A stretch of DNA of 64,000 nt from Candidatus Eiseniibacteriota bacterium (GCA_963783375.1 CAWANH010000028.1:640001-704000); one strand, 5' to 3'. Positions 1 to 9,618 are shown, counted from the stretch's first letter. The notes: generated by a model not told the origin, from the letters alone. Made by a program: numbers and translations.

Positions 1-9
1 CGAAAGTCC

Positions 10-357
10 TTGTATCTGACGTTTGCAGTCCTGCCGGTGATGTTCGTGCTCGGAATGCTCTCTGCGGTAGTCCGGCGGGTCGGACTGCGCGCCAAGTCGG
101 GCGCCTCCGGCGTCTTCAGCCTGTGGTTTCCATTCGTCATGACCATCGCGTTGGCCTGGATCTCCGTGTCTCTGATCCCGCGGCTCTTCGGGGTTTCCCT
201 GGGCACGTTCTATCTCTACCAGCCGGATTTTGTCCTGCTGCTGGTAGCGACGGCGGTAACGGGGGTCCTCTGGGCCGTGTTCAGGCTCGGCGTGTTCTAC
301 AGCGGCAGGCGCTCGCCAGTGTCCAGGGCGTTCCGAGAGGCCCGAGGTGCCATGTAG
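10..357 (+). CDS. Hypothetical membrane protein (cassette; probably begins before the window)
   Basis: Hydrophobic ORF whose TAG stop abuts attC1. Confidence 0.6.
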   Translation: MYLTFAVLPVMFVLGMLSAVVRRVGLRAKSGASGVFSLWFPFVMTIALAWISVSLIPRLFGVSLGTFYLYQPDFVLLLVATAVTGVLWAVFRLGVFYSGRRSPVSRAFREARGAM

Positions 358-424
358 CCTAACAAGGCAATGAACCCGCCGGCCGCCGCTGCGCGGCGTC
401 CACGGGTTATTGCTGGCGTTATTC
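357..424 (+). mobile_element. attC site 1
   Basis: GCCTAAC (357-363); inner arms GCAATGAACCCG / CGGGTTATTGC with an extrahelical G; GTTATTC (418-424). Confidence 0.85.
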
Positions 425-447
425 CGCCCGCACGGAGGTTTGAGCTC

Positions 448-1632
448 ATGAGCCGGAGACTGATGTCCCTCGTTCCCCTTGCGCTCATTGCGGCGGTTCT
501 GACCCCGCCGTTCGACGCTCAAGCCCAGGAGAGGCCCCTGTGGGGCGACCTTGAACCGGGGGAACATGGAGTCGGGTTTCGTCGGCTATGGGACGTGGAC
601 CGGACTCGAATCTGGCCGCGCAGTCCGGCGGTCGATTCGTTGGAGGGCAACATCGCTCGGCCGATTCGGGTGGATATCTGGTATCCAGCCGAGTGCACTG
701 GCACCCAGCCCATGTCACTCGGCAACTATTTGAACATGGACTCCCCGAGCCCCGCTTTTGACGACCTCGTCTTCCTCACCCACCGCTGGGACGAATACTC
801 GTATCGAAGTCTAGCAGAGGACAGCACATCCTACGATCGCCTGCTGAGCACGGAGACCGCAGCGTGCCTTGAAGCCACCGCTTCTCTTGGCCGCTTCCCG
901 ATCATCCTCTACTCAGCAGGCTGGTTCAATCGCGCCCCCGACAACACGATCGTCGCCGAGTACTTGGCGAGCCACGGTTTCGTGGTAGCCACCGTCCCCC
1001 AATTGAACCCGGGTCTATGGACCTTCGACTTCCGCTCCGATGCACCGAGCATCGAAAACCAGATGCGGGACCTCGAGGTCGCCCTAGCGGTGCTAATCGA
1101 TGAGCCCTTCGTAGATCGGACGCGAATCGCTGTTATGGGATACAGCACTGGTGGCGACGTCGCCTTGCTGCTACAAGGGCGGAACCCGCTCGTTGATGCA
1201 GTTGTCGGACTCGATGCATCGTGGTCGCTCGGCCCAGAGAACGACGTTGCCGGCTCGCCCTTCTTCGTCCCGGCTCAGCACGATGTACCCATCCTCGTAG
1301 TGCGCCGACCGACCGAGGATAGGACGGAGCCCGATACGGTGCTGGATTCGTTGACAGTTGCGCCGCGGGTCGTGGTCGTGGTGCCTGGCAGCGACCACGG
1401 GAGCTTCTCCGACGACCCGGCGCAGCGTCGCCTATTGGGGAATGGCCCCGATAAGCACGAGGAGCTCCATGCGGAGGTGGCGCGAGTCGTTCTCAGATTC
1501 CTGCGAACCACGCTCGAGGCGAGAGGTTCCTTCAACGGAGCTGAACTTGCACGGCACTACGAGGCACGCGGCCTCCGAGCGACCTTTCTCCCGGCGGTGC
1601 AGAAAGGCGAGATCGGCGGGTCGGAGCGCTAG
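448..1632 (+). CDS. Secreted alpha/beta hydrolase (dienelactone hydrolase/chlorophyllase-like)
   Basis: GGAGG RBS at 434, signal peptide, LASHGFVV, nucleophile GYSTGG, C-terminal GSDHGSFSD. Confidence 0.8.
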   Translation: MSRRLMSLVPLALIAAVLTPPFDAQAQERPLWGDLEPGEHGVGFRRLWDVDRTRIWPRSPAVDSLEGNIARPIRVDIWYPAECTGTQPMSLGNYLNMDSPSPAFDDLVFLTHRWDEYSYRSLAEDSTSYDRLLSTETAACLEATASLGRFPIILYSAGWFNRAPDNTIVAEYLASHGFVVATVPQLNPGLWTFDFRSDAPSIENQMRDLEVALAVLIDEPFVDRTRIAVMGYSTGGDVALLLQGRNPLVDAVVGLDASWSLGPENDVAGSPFFVPAQHDVPILVVRRPTEDRTEPDTVLDSLTVAPRVVVVVPGSDHGSFSDDPAQRRLLGNGPDKHEELHAEVARVVLRFLRTTLEARGSFNGAELARHYEARGLRATFLPAVQKGEIGGSER

Positions 1633-1673
1633 GTTGTTTTGCTGCGGGCACCTGGACACTGAAACGTCGGTGA

Positions 1674-1772
1674 GCATAACACGCCGTTGCAGACGACAAG
1701 CGGCACGGGAAGACGCGACCGGATTCGTACGATCGTCAGCGCCGCTCGCGGCTGAACGGCAACACGTTATGC
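1674..1772 (+). mobile_element. attC site 2
   Basis: GCATAAC (1674) ... GCCGTTGCAG / CTGAACGGC ... GTTATGC (1766-1772). Confidence 0.9.
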
Positions 1773-1823
1773 GGCCTGAGGCACGTTCGACCTCCGCTCG
1801 GTGACTCAACTGAGGAGCGAATC

Positions 1824-2273
1824 ATGGCAGCTGGAGAGAGAGAGAAAGAGGCGCAGATGAAAGCGCTGATTTGCCGCATCGCCGACGACATCTGGAACCG
1901 GGGAGACCTGGCCGCCATCGATGAAGTCATGTCCGCCAACGGCAAGTACCACGGCCCGCACATGCCTAGTGGTATGGGTGACCGGGAGACCTGGCGACGC
2001 GCCATCGCCATGTATCGCAGCGCCTTTCCTGATTCCAGCATCACCTATGACGAGTTGATCGTGAGCGGTGATACTGTCGTTGGGCGGTGGAGCGCCACGG
2101 CGACACACACCGGTCAACTTCCGGGCGTTGGACCGACTGGCAAGCAGATCAAGATCGGAGGTATCACGATCTATCGCTTGAACGAAGGCAGGATCGTGGA
2201 GGCGTGGGAGCAGCTGGATATGCTCGGCATGTGGCAGCAGATTGGCGTTGTCTCTCTGCCGAAACACGGATAG
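1824..2273 (+). CDS. SnoaL-like ester cyclase
   Basis: GAGGAG RBS; AFPD, GDTVVGRW, THTG, GRIVEAW motifs. Confidence 0.85.
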   Translation: MAAGEREKEAQMKALICRIADDIWNRGDLAAIDEVMSANGKYHGPHMPSGMGDRETWRRAIAMYRSAFPDSSITYDELIVSGDTVVGRWSATATHTGQLPGVGPTGKQIKIGGITIYRLNEGRIVEAWEQLDMLGMWQQIGVVSLPKHG

Positions 2274-2275
2274 CC

Positions 2276-2333
2276 GCATAACAAGCCGATGAAGCGGCCG
2301 GGCTTCGCCCGCCGTCTATCCGCGCCGTTAGGC
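2276..2333 (+). mobile_element. attC site 3 (short)
   Basis: GCATAAC (2276) ... GTTAGGC (2327-2333) around a central CGGGC-TTC-GCCCG hairpin. Confidence 0.85.
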
Positions 2334-2376
2334 GCACTTTGCTACGGTCTTGCTAGGAGCTGACGCGAAACGAATT

Positions 2377-2808
2377 ATGGAACCCATTATTGACCACATA
2401 GAAGTCACCGTCAGAGACATGGGTACCGCGGTGCCCTTCTACGATCGGTTGCTTCCCCTCTTGGGGTTTGATCTGACGCGCCGGAGCGATTCCATCATCG
2501 AACGGCACGAGAAGCATGTCGTCTCGTATGAGCATCCACGCATGGGTTTTACGATCACTTCGCCCCTACGGGTCTTTTCTGGCGAGGTTATCAACCGTCG
2601 GAAGCCCGGCTCGCTGCACCATCTTGCGTTCAGAGCGCCGTCGCGGGCCGACATCGATCGGCTGCATCTCGAAGTGAAGGCAATAGGCGCCACGATTGTG
2701 AGCCCGCCGCGAGAGTACCCCGAATACACTCCGGCCGGATACTATGCCCTCTTCTTCAAGGATCCGGAGGGCATCAAGTACGAGATCGTATGTACTGATG
2801 AAAGCTGA
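2377..2808 (+). CDS. VOC/glyoxalase family protein
   Basis: IDHIEVTV, GSLHHLAF, YYALFFKDPEGIKYE motifs. Confidence 0.9.
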   Translation: MEPIIDHIEVTVRDMGTAVPFYDRLLPLLGFDLTRRSDSIIERHEKHVVSYEHPRMGFTITSPLRVFSGEVINRRKPGSLHHLAFRAPSRADIDRLHLEVKAIGATIVSPPREYPEYTPAGYYALFFKDPEGIKYEIVCTDES

Positions 2809-2816
2809 GTTGGGGC

Positions 2817-2910
2817 GCCTAACAGGCCGCAGCAGCAGACGAGCGGCGGGCAACCGGGGCGAAGCGATCATTCAATTCGCCGCTCGCGGCTGAGCGGCAA
2901 GACGTCAGGT
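2817..2910 (+). mobile_element. attC site 4 (GTT mutated to GTC)
   Basis: GCCTAAC (2817) ... GCCGCTCGCGGCTGAGCGGCAA (near-identical to attC2) ... GTCAGGT (2904-2910). Confidence 0.8.
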
Positions 2911-2998
2911 GCACACTAGAGGCTGCCTTGCGAGTAGCGCCGGCACTCTTGTGATGCGGCAAGGCTAAGGCTGGAAGTGCATTTGGGAAGGATGGTCC

Positions 2999-4159
2999 AT
3001 GTTGAATCGGCTGTGGGTTCTTGTGCTTTTTGTATTGGCGCTCTCTGCCAGTGTGACAGGGATCGCGAGCCCTGAGGGCCGTTGGCAGTTGCCGGCCCCG
3101 GTCGAGTCAAGAGTCTTGAATGAAGCGATCAACTACCGCGTAATGCTCCCGGCAAGCTATTCTGTCAATTCATCAGAACTCTATCCGCTGCTGCTGTTGC
3201 TTGACGGAAGCCGTTACGGGGACGTCGTGGCAGGAAACGCCACGTTTCTTGCCCGAGTTGGCGAAATACCGGAACACCTTATTGTCGCGATTGACTCGAA
3301 CGACCGTATGCGCGACTTCACGCCCACCGATTCTCCAGACTGGGAGGGGGATGGAGAGGCGAGTAAGTTCCTGGATTTCCTGCGACAGGAGCTTCTGCCA
3401 ATCATTGAAACAGAGTTTCGGGTCTCGGAACGGCGAATTATCTGGGGGCATTCGCTTGGCGGCCTATTTGCCTTTTATACTTTGTACGCGGCGCCCGACC
3501 TATTCGACGCTCGATTGGTGGACGACGGCACTTTGGATTGGGACAGTAATGTGATCGAACGCTCAATCAGCGATTTTCTCGACCGCCAGACGCCGGCTGG
3601 GCAGTTTCTGTATTTCAATAGTAGCTATCTGCTTCCCACCGACGACATGGACCTCCGATGGTTCGATGGACTGGCCAAAGTGTTGAAGGTGAAAGCCCCT
3701 CCAAACCTTCGCTGGACCTACGATCCCATGCCGAGCGAGACCCACGCCAGTATACCTCTTGTTGGAAGCATCCGGGGTCTGCGGGCTTTGTATGACGGCT
3801 ATCTCGCGCCGGAGCCGGTGATGTTTGCCGGTCTTGATGCGGTGCTGAAACACTACGAGGCTATTAGGGGCCGTGTGGGAGCTCCGGAGAAAGTGCCCGA
3901 GGAGGCACTCAACAAACTTGGCTACCTCATGCTCGGCAGGGAAACTCCTGAAGCCATCCGCACATTTGAGTTGGCAACTCGACTCTATCCTCGGTCCGCC
4001 AATGCTTGGGACAGTCTCTCTGACGCATATCTAGAAGCTGGCAGAATCAAGGATGCCCTCTACGCTACGGATAGGAGCATCGAGTTGGCTCAGTCAACAA
4101 AGTCAAACAACCTCGAGTATCTCAAGAACAAGCGGGCGGAGATACTTGGCCGCATGTGA
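2999..4159 (+). CDS. IroE/Fes-like esterase with C-terminal TPR
   Basis: YPLLLLLDG, RMRDFTPT, GHSLGG; TPR segment SANAWDSLSDAY. Confidence 0.85.
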   Translation: MLNRLWVLVLFVLALSASVTGIASPEGRWQLPAPVESRVLNEAINYRVMLPASYSVNSSELYPLLLLLDGSRYGDVVAGNATFLARVGEIPEHLIVAIDSNDRMRDFTPTDSPDWEGDGEASKFLDFLRQELLPIIETEFRVSERRIIWGHSLGGLFAFYTLYAAPDLFDARLVDDGTLDWDSNVIERSISDFLDRQTPAGQFLYFNSSYLLPTDDMDLRWFDGLAKVLKVKAPPNLRWTYDPMPSETHASIPLVGSIRGLRALYDGYLAPEPVMFAGLDAVLKHYEAIRGRVGAPEKVPEEALNKLGYLMLGRETPEAIRTFELATRLYPRSANAWDSLSDAYLEAGRIKDALYATDRSIELAQSTKSNNLEYLKNKRAEILGRM

Positions 4160-4208
4160 TAAGTGGTAGCAGTAGGATGCAAGAATGGGGTGGGGTTTTG
4201 GTGGCGAC

Positions 4209-4307
4209 ACCTAACAGGTGCTTACACCAGACAAAGCCGCTTGTCACGCCCCTGGCTTGCGCTAGGGTGGCGCCAATCGACTTTGCAGGTGAAGCTCAAC
4301 GTTATGC
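4209..4307 (+). mobile_element. attC site 5
   Basis: ACCTAAC (4209) ... GCTTACACC / GGTGAAGC ... GTTATGC (4301-4307). Confidence 0.85.
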
Positions 4308-4350
4308 CAACGGGACTCAGCGGCGTAAAAGACAAAGAAGGGGACTAATA

Positions 4351-4833
4351 ATGAGCCGTCATTTAGTTTTTGCCCTGCTGTTGGCAGCCTCTGCTACCTT
4401 TGGTGGCTGTGGCGAACTCAAGAGCAGTTCAGTTGACACTGAATCGATAAAGGAGAATATCCGTCAATCTGACCTCGCTCTTTTGCGGGCCGAGGAGGCG
4501 CGGGATCTGGACGGTGTAATGGAATGTATTGCTCCTCACGCCGTTTTTCAGCCACCGGGCGTTTCACCAATTGTGGGGCTTGAGGCCATCAGAAAGTTTT
4601 ACGACACCCAATGGTTCAAGCTGCCTTTCATTGAAATATCTGGAGCGCCTGAATCAATTGTTGTTGGTGCCTCTGGTGATATGGCGTATGTCGATGGGAG
4701 AAGCCGAATGGTGGTCGAAATATCGGGTGAAAGAACCGTGGCCGCCGGTAAGTATTTGGGAGTTTGGCTAAAGATTTCAGGAAAGTGGCAGTTGGCAGCT
4801 ATTAGCTGGTCGGCCAATGAGATGACGAGATAG
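4351..4833 (+). CDS. DUF4440/SnoaL-like (NTF2-fold) lipoprotein
   Basis: Lipobox-like FGGC; SGDMAY and GKYLGVWLK motifs. Confidence 0.8.
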   Translation: MSRHLVFALLLAASATFGGCGELKSSSVDTESIKENIRQSDLALLRAEEARDLDGVMECIAPHAVFQPPGVSPIVGLEAIRKFYDTQWFKLPFIEISGAPESIVVGASGDMAYVDGRSRMVVEISGERTVAAGKYLGVWLKISGKWQLAAISWSANEMTR

Positions 4834-4864
4834 TATGGGCTACCTGTAGGCATCCGATCGGGTG

Positions 4865-4963
4865 GTATAACAATCGCTTGCACCTGCCAATCGCGTCTGT
4901 CACGCCTTGGGCTGGCGCACAAGCCGCGCCAGGCACGCTTCGCAGGTCAAGCCAACGTTATAC
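4865..4963 (+). mobile_element. attC site 6
   Basis: GTATAAC (4865) ... GCTTGCACCTG / CAGGTCAAGC ... GTTATAC (4957-4963). Confidence 0.9.
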
Positions 4964-4980
4964 GCCAAAGAGGTAGGCGC

Positions 4981-5320
4981 ATGGGCCCCCGGCAGATAGA
5001 CGGTTTCTTCTACGGCTTGTTCATGGACGTGACTCTGCCCCTCGTCGCCGCAGCAACCCTGTACCGTTTGGGCTGGTTCTACCCGGCTTTCATGATCGTG
5101 TTGGGAGCGCACTATTTCCCGTTCGCTTTTCTCTACGGCTTGCGTCTCTTGTAGGGTCTTGCCGCGATCTTGGTTCCGGGCGGGCTGCGCCTTGGGGTCT
5201 AAGTCAAGGGAGGAGCCTTCGCCTTCGGCGCCTGGTTCACGGGTGTTGTTCTACTCAGCTTTGCCGTGGCCGGACTGCGAATCGCACGGCGAGAAGCGGG
5301 CCGGGCCTGGCAGGAGCGCC
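4981..5320 (+). pseudogene. Chimeric cassette remnant: GGCT-like N-terminus fused to a DUF7010-like membrane protein with in-frame stops
   Basis: Reads MGPRQIDGFFYGLFMD then WFYPAFMIVLGAHYFPFAFLYG, with TAG and TAA stops in the same frame. Confidence 0.55.
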
Positions 5321-5452
5321 TTCCAATTTCGGCCTGAACCTGCCAAGCCAACCTGTCACGGTCTTGGCCGTAGGGTGCATCGGTTGGACTGGCAAGCAAG
5401 CGCCGGCCACGCTCGAGGGAGTTCGCCTTCCAGGTTGTCCTGGGTGTTGAGC
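5321..5452 (+). mobile_element. Degenerate attC site 7
   Basis: TTCCAAT ... AACCTG / CAGGTT ... GTTGAGC; shares CCTGCCAA and CTGTCACG with attC6. Confidence 0.45.
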
Positions 5453-5508
5453 GACAGCACGCCTGCCTGTCGTAGTTGACAAGACGTCCACATCATGGAG
5501 AAGCAAAT

Positions 5509-5649
5509 ATGCACGTCTCGTGGTTTAGCTGGGGTTCTCCGGTCGGTATCGGAATCTTCCTGGCCAGCATGGGGATCTTCTTTTGGGGATTGTTTTCGGG
5601 GGTCGCCATGCTGAACAAGTCTAAACATTCCCCGGAACCCAAAGAGTGA
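5509..5649 (+). CDS. 46-aa small membrane protein (below the ORF-track cutoff)
   Basis: GGAG RBS; MHVSWFSWGSPVGIGIFLASMGIFFWGLFSGVAMLNKSKHSPEPKE; lies between two degenerate attC sites. Confidence 0.55.
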   Translation: MHVSWFSWGSPVGIGIFLASMGIFFWGLFSGVAMLNKSKHSPEPKE

Positions 5650-5731
5650 AGTCGCAATGCCAAAGCAAGTCACTACCGAGTGATACCGCGCTGCCCGGCT
5701 CAACGAAGCTCGGGCAGCACGTGGTGTCGCC

Positions 5732-5790
5732 GTTCAACAGATCGGCCTAGCGGACTGCTTGACTGCCGCCGCTTGACTCAAGGGTTGGGC
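5732..5790 (+). mobile_element. Degenerate attC site 8
   Basis: GTTCAAC ... GCGG / CCGC ... GTTGGGC immediately before the next ATG. Confidence 0.35.
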
Positions 5791-5802
5791 GGACCGGGAC
5801 GC

Positions 5803-6200
5803 ATGCGGTTCATTGCGGCATGTCTCTTTGCTTTCACAGCTGTATGTTCAACGGACGCCCGGTACTTGCCGAAGGACGGAGACATCGTGTTTCAAGTATC
5901 GCAATCAGCTCAGAATCAGGCCGCCCAATTGGCAACGGGTTCTTGGTATGGCCACATGGGCATCGTGTATCCGGGATAGGGCGAGCCGTATGTGTTTGAA
6001 GCCGTTCAACCACTAAAACTCACTCCGCTTCAGGACTGGATCAAGCGCGGCAAGGATGAACACTTCATGGCGAAACGGCCCTTCAATTCGGGCGCGTTTT
6101 TGTCGCCTCGGGTGCTACAGCAGATGAGATCAGTAGGCGAGAGGGTTTCCGGCGAGGTCCACGATTTTGCGAACGCCGGTCTCTATCGCCGCGCTTTGCT
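5803..6200 (+). pseudogene. YiiX/YebB-like permuted papain-like (C92) amidase, disrupted
   Basis: KDGDIVFQ..S..Q..A.QLAT...GHMGIV, in-frame TAG at 5977, then VFEAVQP; the C-terminal catalytic YCSE region is absent. Confidence 0.75.
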
Positions 6201-6317
6201 GTTGCCGCCACACCCGCGCGCCGTGTCCTCAAACAGTGCGTGACTCGCCCGCTCTGTTGCGCGGAGAAGAGAGAACGGGTACTTTGGCAGCAAACACTGG
6301 ACATGGGAGGCAATGCA

Positions 6318-7136
6318 ATGTCTAGTCAGCACTTCGCTAAGATCTACGACGGAACCGCTCCGGAGAATTACGAGCGGCATTTCGTCCCAGCCGTCGGCGC
6401 ACCCCTCGCGGGTGACCTCGTTGAAATCGCGGGTATTCGTCCGGGTGATCGGGTTCTGGATGTTGCCTGTGGGACCGGCGTCGTGACGCGACTCGCCGCT
6501 CAGCGAGTCGGCGCCGACGGAACCGTCGCCGGGCTGGATCTCAATCCGGGGATGCTTGCGGTCGCGCGTTCGGCGACACCGCCGGCCACGAAAATCCGGT
6601 GGTACGAGGCGAGTGCCGAGAGAATGCCGTTCCCGGACGCATCGTTTGACATCGTGCTGTGCCAGATGGGGCTCCAATTCGTTCCGGACAGGTCCGCGGC
6701 CCTGCGAGAGATGCATCGTGTCCTGGCCCGCGATGGCCGGCTCATCCTGAATGTGCCCGGACCCACACCGCCGCTGATGGCGATCATGGGCGAGGCCCTC
6801 GCGCGGCACATCGGCGCCGAGGCTGAGGGATTCGTGACCCATGTCTTCTCGCTTCATGATGAGGCAGAGCTTCGACAGCTCATTGAGGGTGCCGGCTTCA
6901 ACGATGTCTCCGTCCACGCCGACATCAAGAAGCTTCGCCTGCCCGCTCCCGAGGAGTTTCTTTGGGGGTATGTGCATAGCACCCCGCTTGCCGGCCTAGT
7001 GGCGAAGGTCGACCAAGAGCGGCGCGAATTGCTGGAACGGGATGTCGTTGCAGGGTGGACGGAGTTCGCGAAGGATCGCTCAATGGCGCTTGAGCTTCGC
7101 CTCGTGGTCGCCACGGCCAGGAAGCAAGTTACTTGA
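6318..7136 (+). CDS. Class I SAM-dependent methyltransferase
   Basis: VLDVACGTG, FDIVLCQMGLQF; GGAGG RBS. Confidence 0.9.
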   Translation: MSSQHFAKIYDGTAPENYERHFVPAVGAPLAGDLVEIAGIRPGDRVLDVACGTGVVTRLAAQRVGADGTVAGLDLNPGMLAVARSATPPATKIRWYEASAERMPFPDASFDIVLCQMGLQFVPDRSAALREMHRVLARDGRLILNVPGPTPPLMAIMGEALARHIGAEAEGFVTHVFSLHDEAELRQLIEGAGFNDVSVHADIKKLRLPAPEEFLWGYVHSTPLAGLVAKVDQERRELLERDVVAGWTEFAKDRSMALELRLVVATARKQVT

Positions 7137-7263
7137 TTCCATTGGTTAAGCCACTTCCCATGCTGGAGTGTTCGGTCCACGACGCCGCACTGCACACCCC
7201 CGGATGTCGTGAGATGGATGACCCCCAAGCCGTGGATTTTCACCGCATGCAGGGGGAAGCGTC

Positions 7264-7662
7264 TTGAGGAAGAGCGAGTCTTCGGAAGGAAAGTCTCCCT
7301 CCCGGATGATAGACGAGAGGATCAAGGAATTGGGCGACTGGCGCGCCAGGACGCTCTCCCGGCTCCGCACGTTGATCAGGCAGGCCGACCCCGAAGTCGT
7401 CGAAGAGTGGAAGTGGCGAGGGGTTCCGGTGTGGTACCACGACGGGATGATCTGCACCGGCGAAGCGTACAAGAACGCCGTGAAGATGACCTTCGCCAAC
7501 GGGGCCGCACTCGAGGACCCATCCGGCCTGTTCAACGCCAGCCTAGATGGCAACACCCGCCGCGCCATCGACTTCCACGAGGGCGATGAGATCGACGAAG
7601 ATGCGTTGAAGGCTCTCATTCGCGCCGCCGTGACCCTGAACGCCTCTCGCTCCCTCCGCTGA
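7264..7662 (+). CDS. DUF1801 (YdhG-like) protein
   Basis: EEWKWRGVPVWYHDG, DPSGLFNASLDGNTRRAID. Confidence 0.85.
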   Translation: MRKSESSEGKSPSRMIDERIKELGDWRARTLSRLRTLIRQADPEVVEEWKWRGVPVWYHDGMICTGEAYKNAVKMTFANGAALEDPSGLFNASLDGNTRRAIDFHEGDEIDEDALKALIRAAVTLNASRSLR

Positions 7663-7801
7663 ACGAGATGGAGAGGTCGCTTCGCGCGCCTCGTGCGTCC
7701 GGAACCCGACGGTCGCTGTCGCCGCCACTTTCGACCTCGGTTTTCCCGCCCACGGCCCGTCCGATGTACGCTGGCCGAGGCCCGGACTACGGGGAGGGAA
7801 C

Positions 7802-8782
7802 ATGCATGACCTTTTGACCGTTGATCGCTTGGAAGTCCTTGTCCTCGTAGATAACACGACCGACAGTCTTTCGACCAACTCGGATGTTGCCGTAACCGAG
7901 TGGGCTGACCTTCTCACCGCGGGGCGTATGCCTGTGCTCTCCGGCAGAGGAATCTGCTGCGCCCACCACGGATTGTCCCTGCTGCTCACGGCGTACGTCG
8001 GGGATGCCGTACACACGCTTCTATTCGACTCGGGGCCCGAGGCGAACACCTTCCTGCGCAATGTCGATGTCCTCGGAGCGGATCTCTCCGCGGTTGGATC
8101 CGTGGTGCTGTCACATGGGCATTGGGATCATGCCGGCGGCCTTCTGGCCGCTATCAGAGCCATTTCGAAAGCGCAAGGTCGGTCTGGAGTCGATTGTTTT
8201 GTGCACCCCGGAATGTTTGCGACACGAGGGATGAAACTCCCGAACGGAGAGGTGCTCCCATTCGAGTCGGTGCCTGATCCTGATGCGCTTGGCGACGCCG
8301 GTGCCAACGTGGTGAACACACGCGAACCACAGGTCATAGCCGAAGGCGCGTTCTACGTCAGCGGCGAGATTCCCCGCGTCACCGGCTACGAGATTGGACT
8401 ACCGGGACATGTTCGCCGACAGACGGATGCCCAGCCGTGGGAACCGGACCCCCTTATCATGGACGAGCGGTTCGTCGCGGTGGGTGTCAAGAACAAAGGC
8501 CAGCTCATCTTTTCGGCGTGTTCGCACGCCGGTCTGGTCAACGTACTCACTCATGCCCGATCGGTCTTTCCCTCGGTTCCGTTGTACGGGGTGATGGGTG
8601 GCCTGCACCTCTCCGGCGCCACCGAGAAGATCATTCCGGAGACGATTGCGAACCTGACATCGTTCGGTCTCAAGCTCCTGGCGCCGGGCCATTGCACCGG
8701 CTGGCGGGCGCTGAACGCCATGGCCGGAGTCTTTGGTGATGAGCTTGTCCCCTCGGCGGTGGGCAAGCGCTACGTAATCTAG
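7802..8782 (+). CDS. MBL-fold metallo-hydrolase
   Basis: SHGHWDHAGG, CSHAG, GGLHL, GHCTG motifs. Confidence 0.9.
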   Translation: MHDLLTVDRLEVLVLVDNTTDSLSTNSDVAVTEWADLLTAGRMPVLSGRGICCAHHGLSLLLTAYVGDAVHTLLFDSGPEANTFLRNVDVLGADLSAVGSVVLSHGHWDHAGGLLAAIRAISKAQGRSGVDCFVHPGMFATRGMKLPNGEVLPFESVPDPDALGDAGANVVNTREPQVIAEGAFYVSGEIPRVTGYEIGLPGHVRRQTDAQPWEPDPLIMDERFVAVGVKNKGQLIFSACSHAGLVNVLTHARSVFPSVPLYGVMGGLHLSGATEKIIPETIANLTSFGLKLLAPGHCTGWRALNAMAGVFGDELVPSAVGKRYVI

Positions 8783-9189
8783 CTTCCCCACCATCATCCG
8801 CTGGGCGCCGGCGACCGGCCGGAGGAGCGGAATGCCGATTCCGTCGAGTCGGCGGGAACGAACCGGCGGCAGGACGCGCGATGGCTGCTCCGGCAACCCT
8901 GTCCCGATCCGCCGCGCCCCCGGACCTATCCCGGCAACCTCGACATGGATGACGGTGAAGACAACCCCGGCCGCTGAAACACACTCCCCGCCCCACCGGT
9001 GCTAGAATGGAACTCAGGATGAGGTTGACGCCTATTCTGCGGCAGGAACGGACAACTTCCGAAGTCGATTCGTCGCATGATGAACGCTGCATCAAGGCGG
9101 CCCCACAAACGATTCCGCCGAACCGCCCACCGGCCGGTTCACCACCGCACCGGGGGCCCGGCCACCGGGCATCAGGGAGGGAGCGCATC

Positions 9190-9618
9190 ATGATGGTTTC
9201 GGCGTGGCCGCTGCTGGTCGTACTCGCGGCAATCATCCTGCTAGGCGTAACCGGCAACCTGCTCACGTCCTCACCTCTGGTCATCGTCGTGCAGGCAGCG
9301 GCGGTCGTGCTGAACATCTGGGCGCGACGCTCATTTCAGCAGGGCGCGTTTCGAGTATCGGCCACACCGGGCGGGAGCGCCATCATACGGGGCGGTCCGT
9401 ATCGATTTGTTCGACATCCCATGTACTCGGCGGTGTTGCTCTTTGTCTGGGCTGCAGTGTTGAGTCACTTGTCCGCGTTCACGGTTGCGATCGGTGTCGT
9501 CGTGACCGTCGTCGCCATCACACGAGTCGTCGCCGAGGAGCGGTTGCTTCGCGAACGGTTTCCCGATTACGGCGACTATGCCCGTTCCACGAAGGCCCTG
9601 GTGCCGTACTTGTTTTGA
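9190..9618 (+). CDS. Isoprenylcysteine carboxylmethyltransferase family protein
   Basis: GPYRFVRHPMYS, EERLL, LVPYLF. Confidence 0.85.
   Translation: MMVSAWPLLVVLAAIILLGVTGNLLTSSPLVIVVQAAAVVLNIWARRSFQQGAFRVSATPGGSAIIRGGPYRFVRHPMYSAVLLFVWAAVLSHLSAFTVAIGVVVTVVAITRVVAEERLLRERFPDYGDYARSTKALVPYLF

Larger units (their letters stand above)
1..6200 (+). mobile_element. Integron gene-cassette array (distal part; intI/attI not in window, possibly a CALIN)
   Basis: Single ORFs alternate with RYYYAAC...GTTRRRY palindromic attC sites. Each cassette's leading GTTRRRY is near-complementary to its own trailing RYYYAAC. Confidence 0.9.

Noticed and set aside
5977-5979. In-frame TAG in the YiiX-like gene as possible pyrrolysine or recoding
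   Set aside because: The gene is also truncated, neighbours carry TAA stops, and TAG ends many intact genes in this window.
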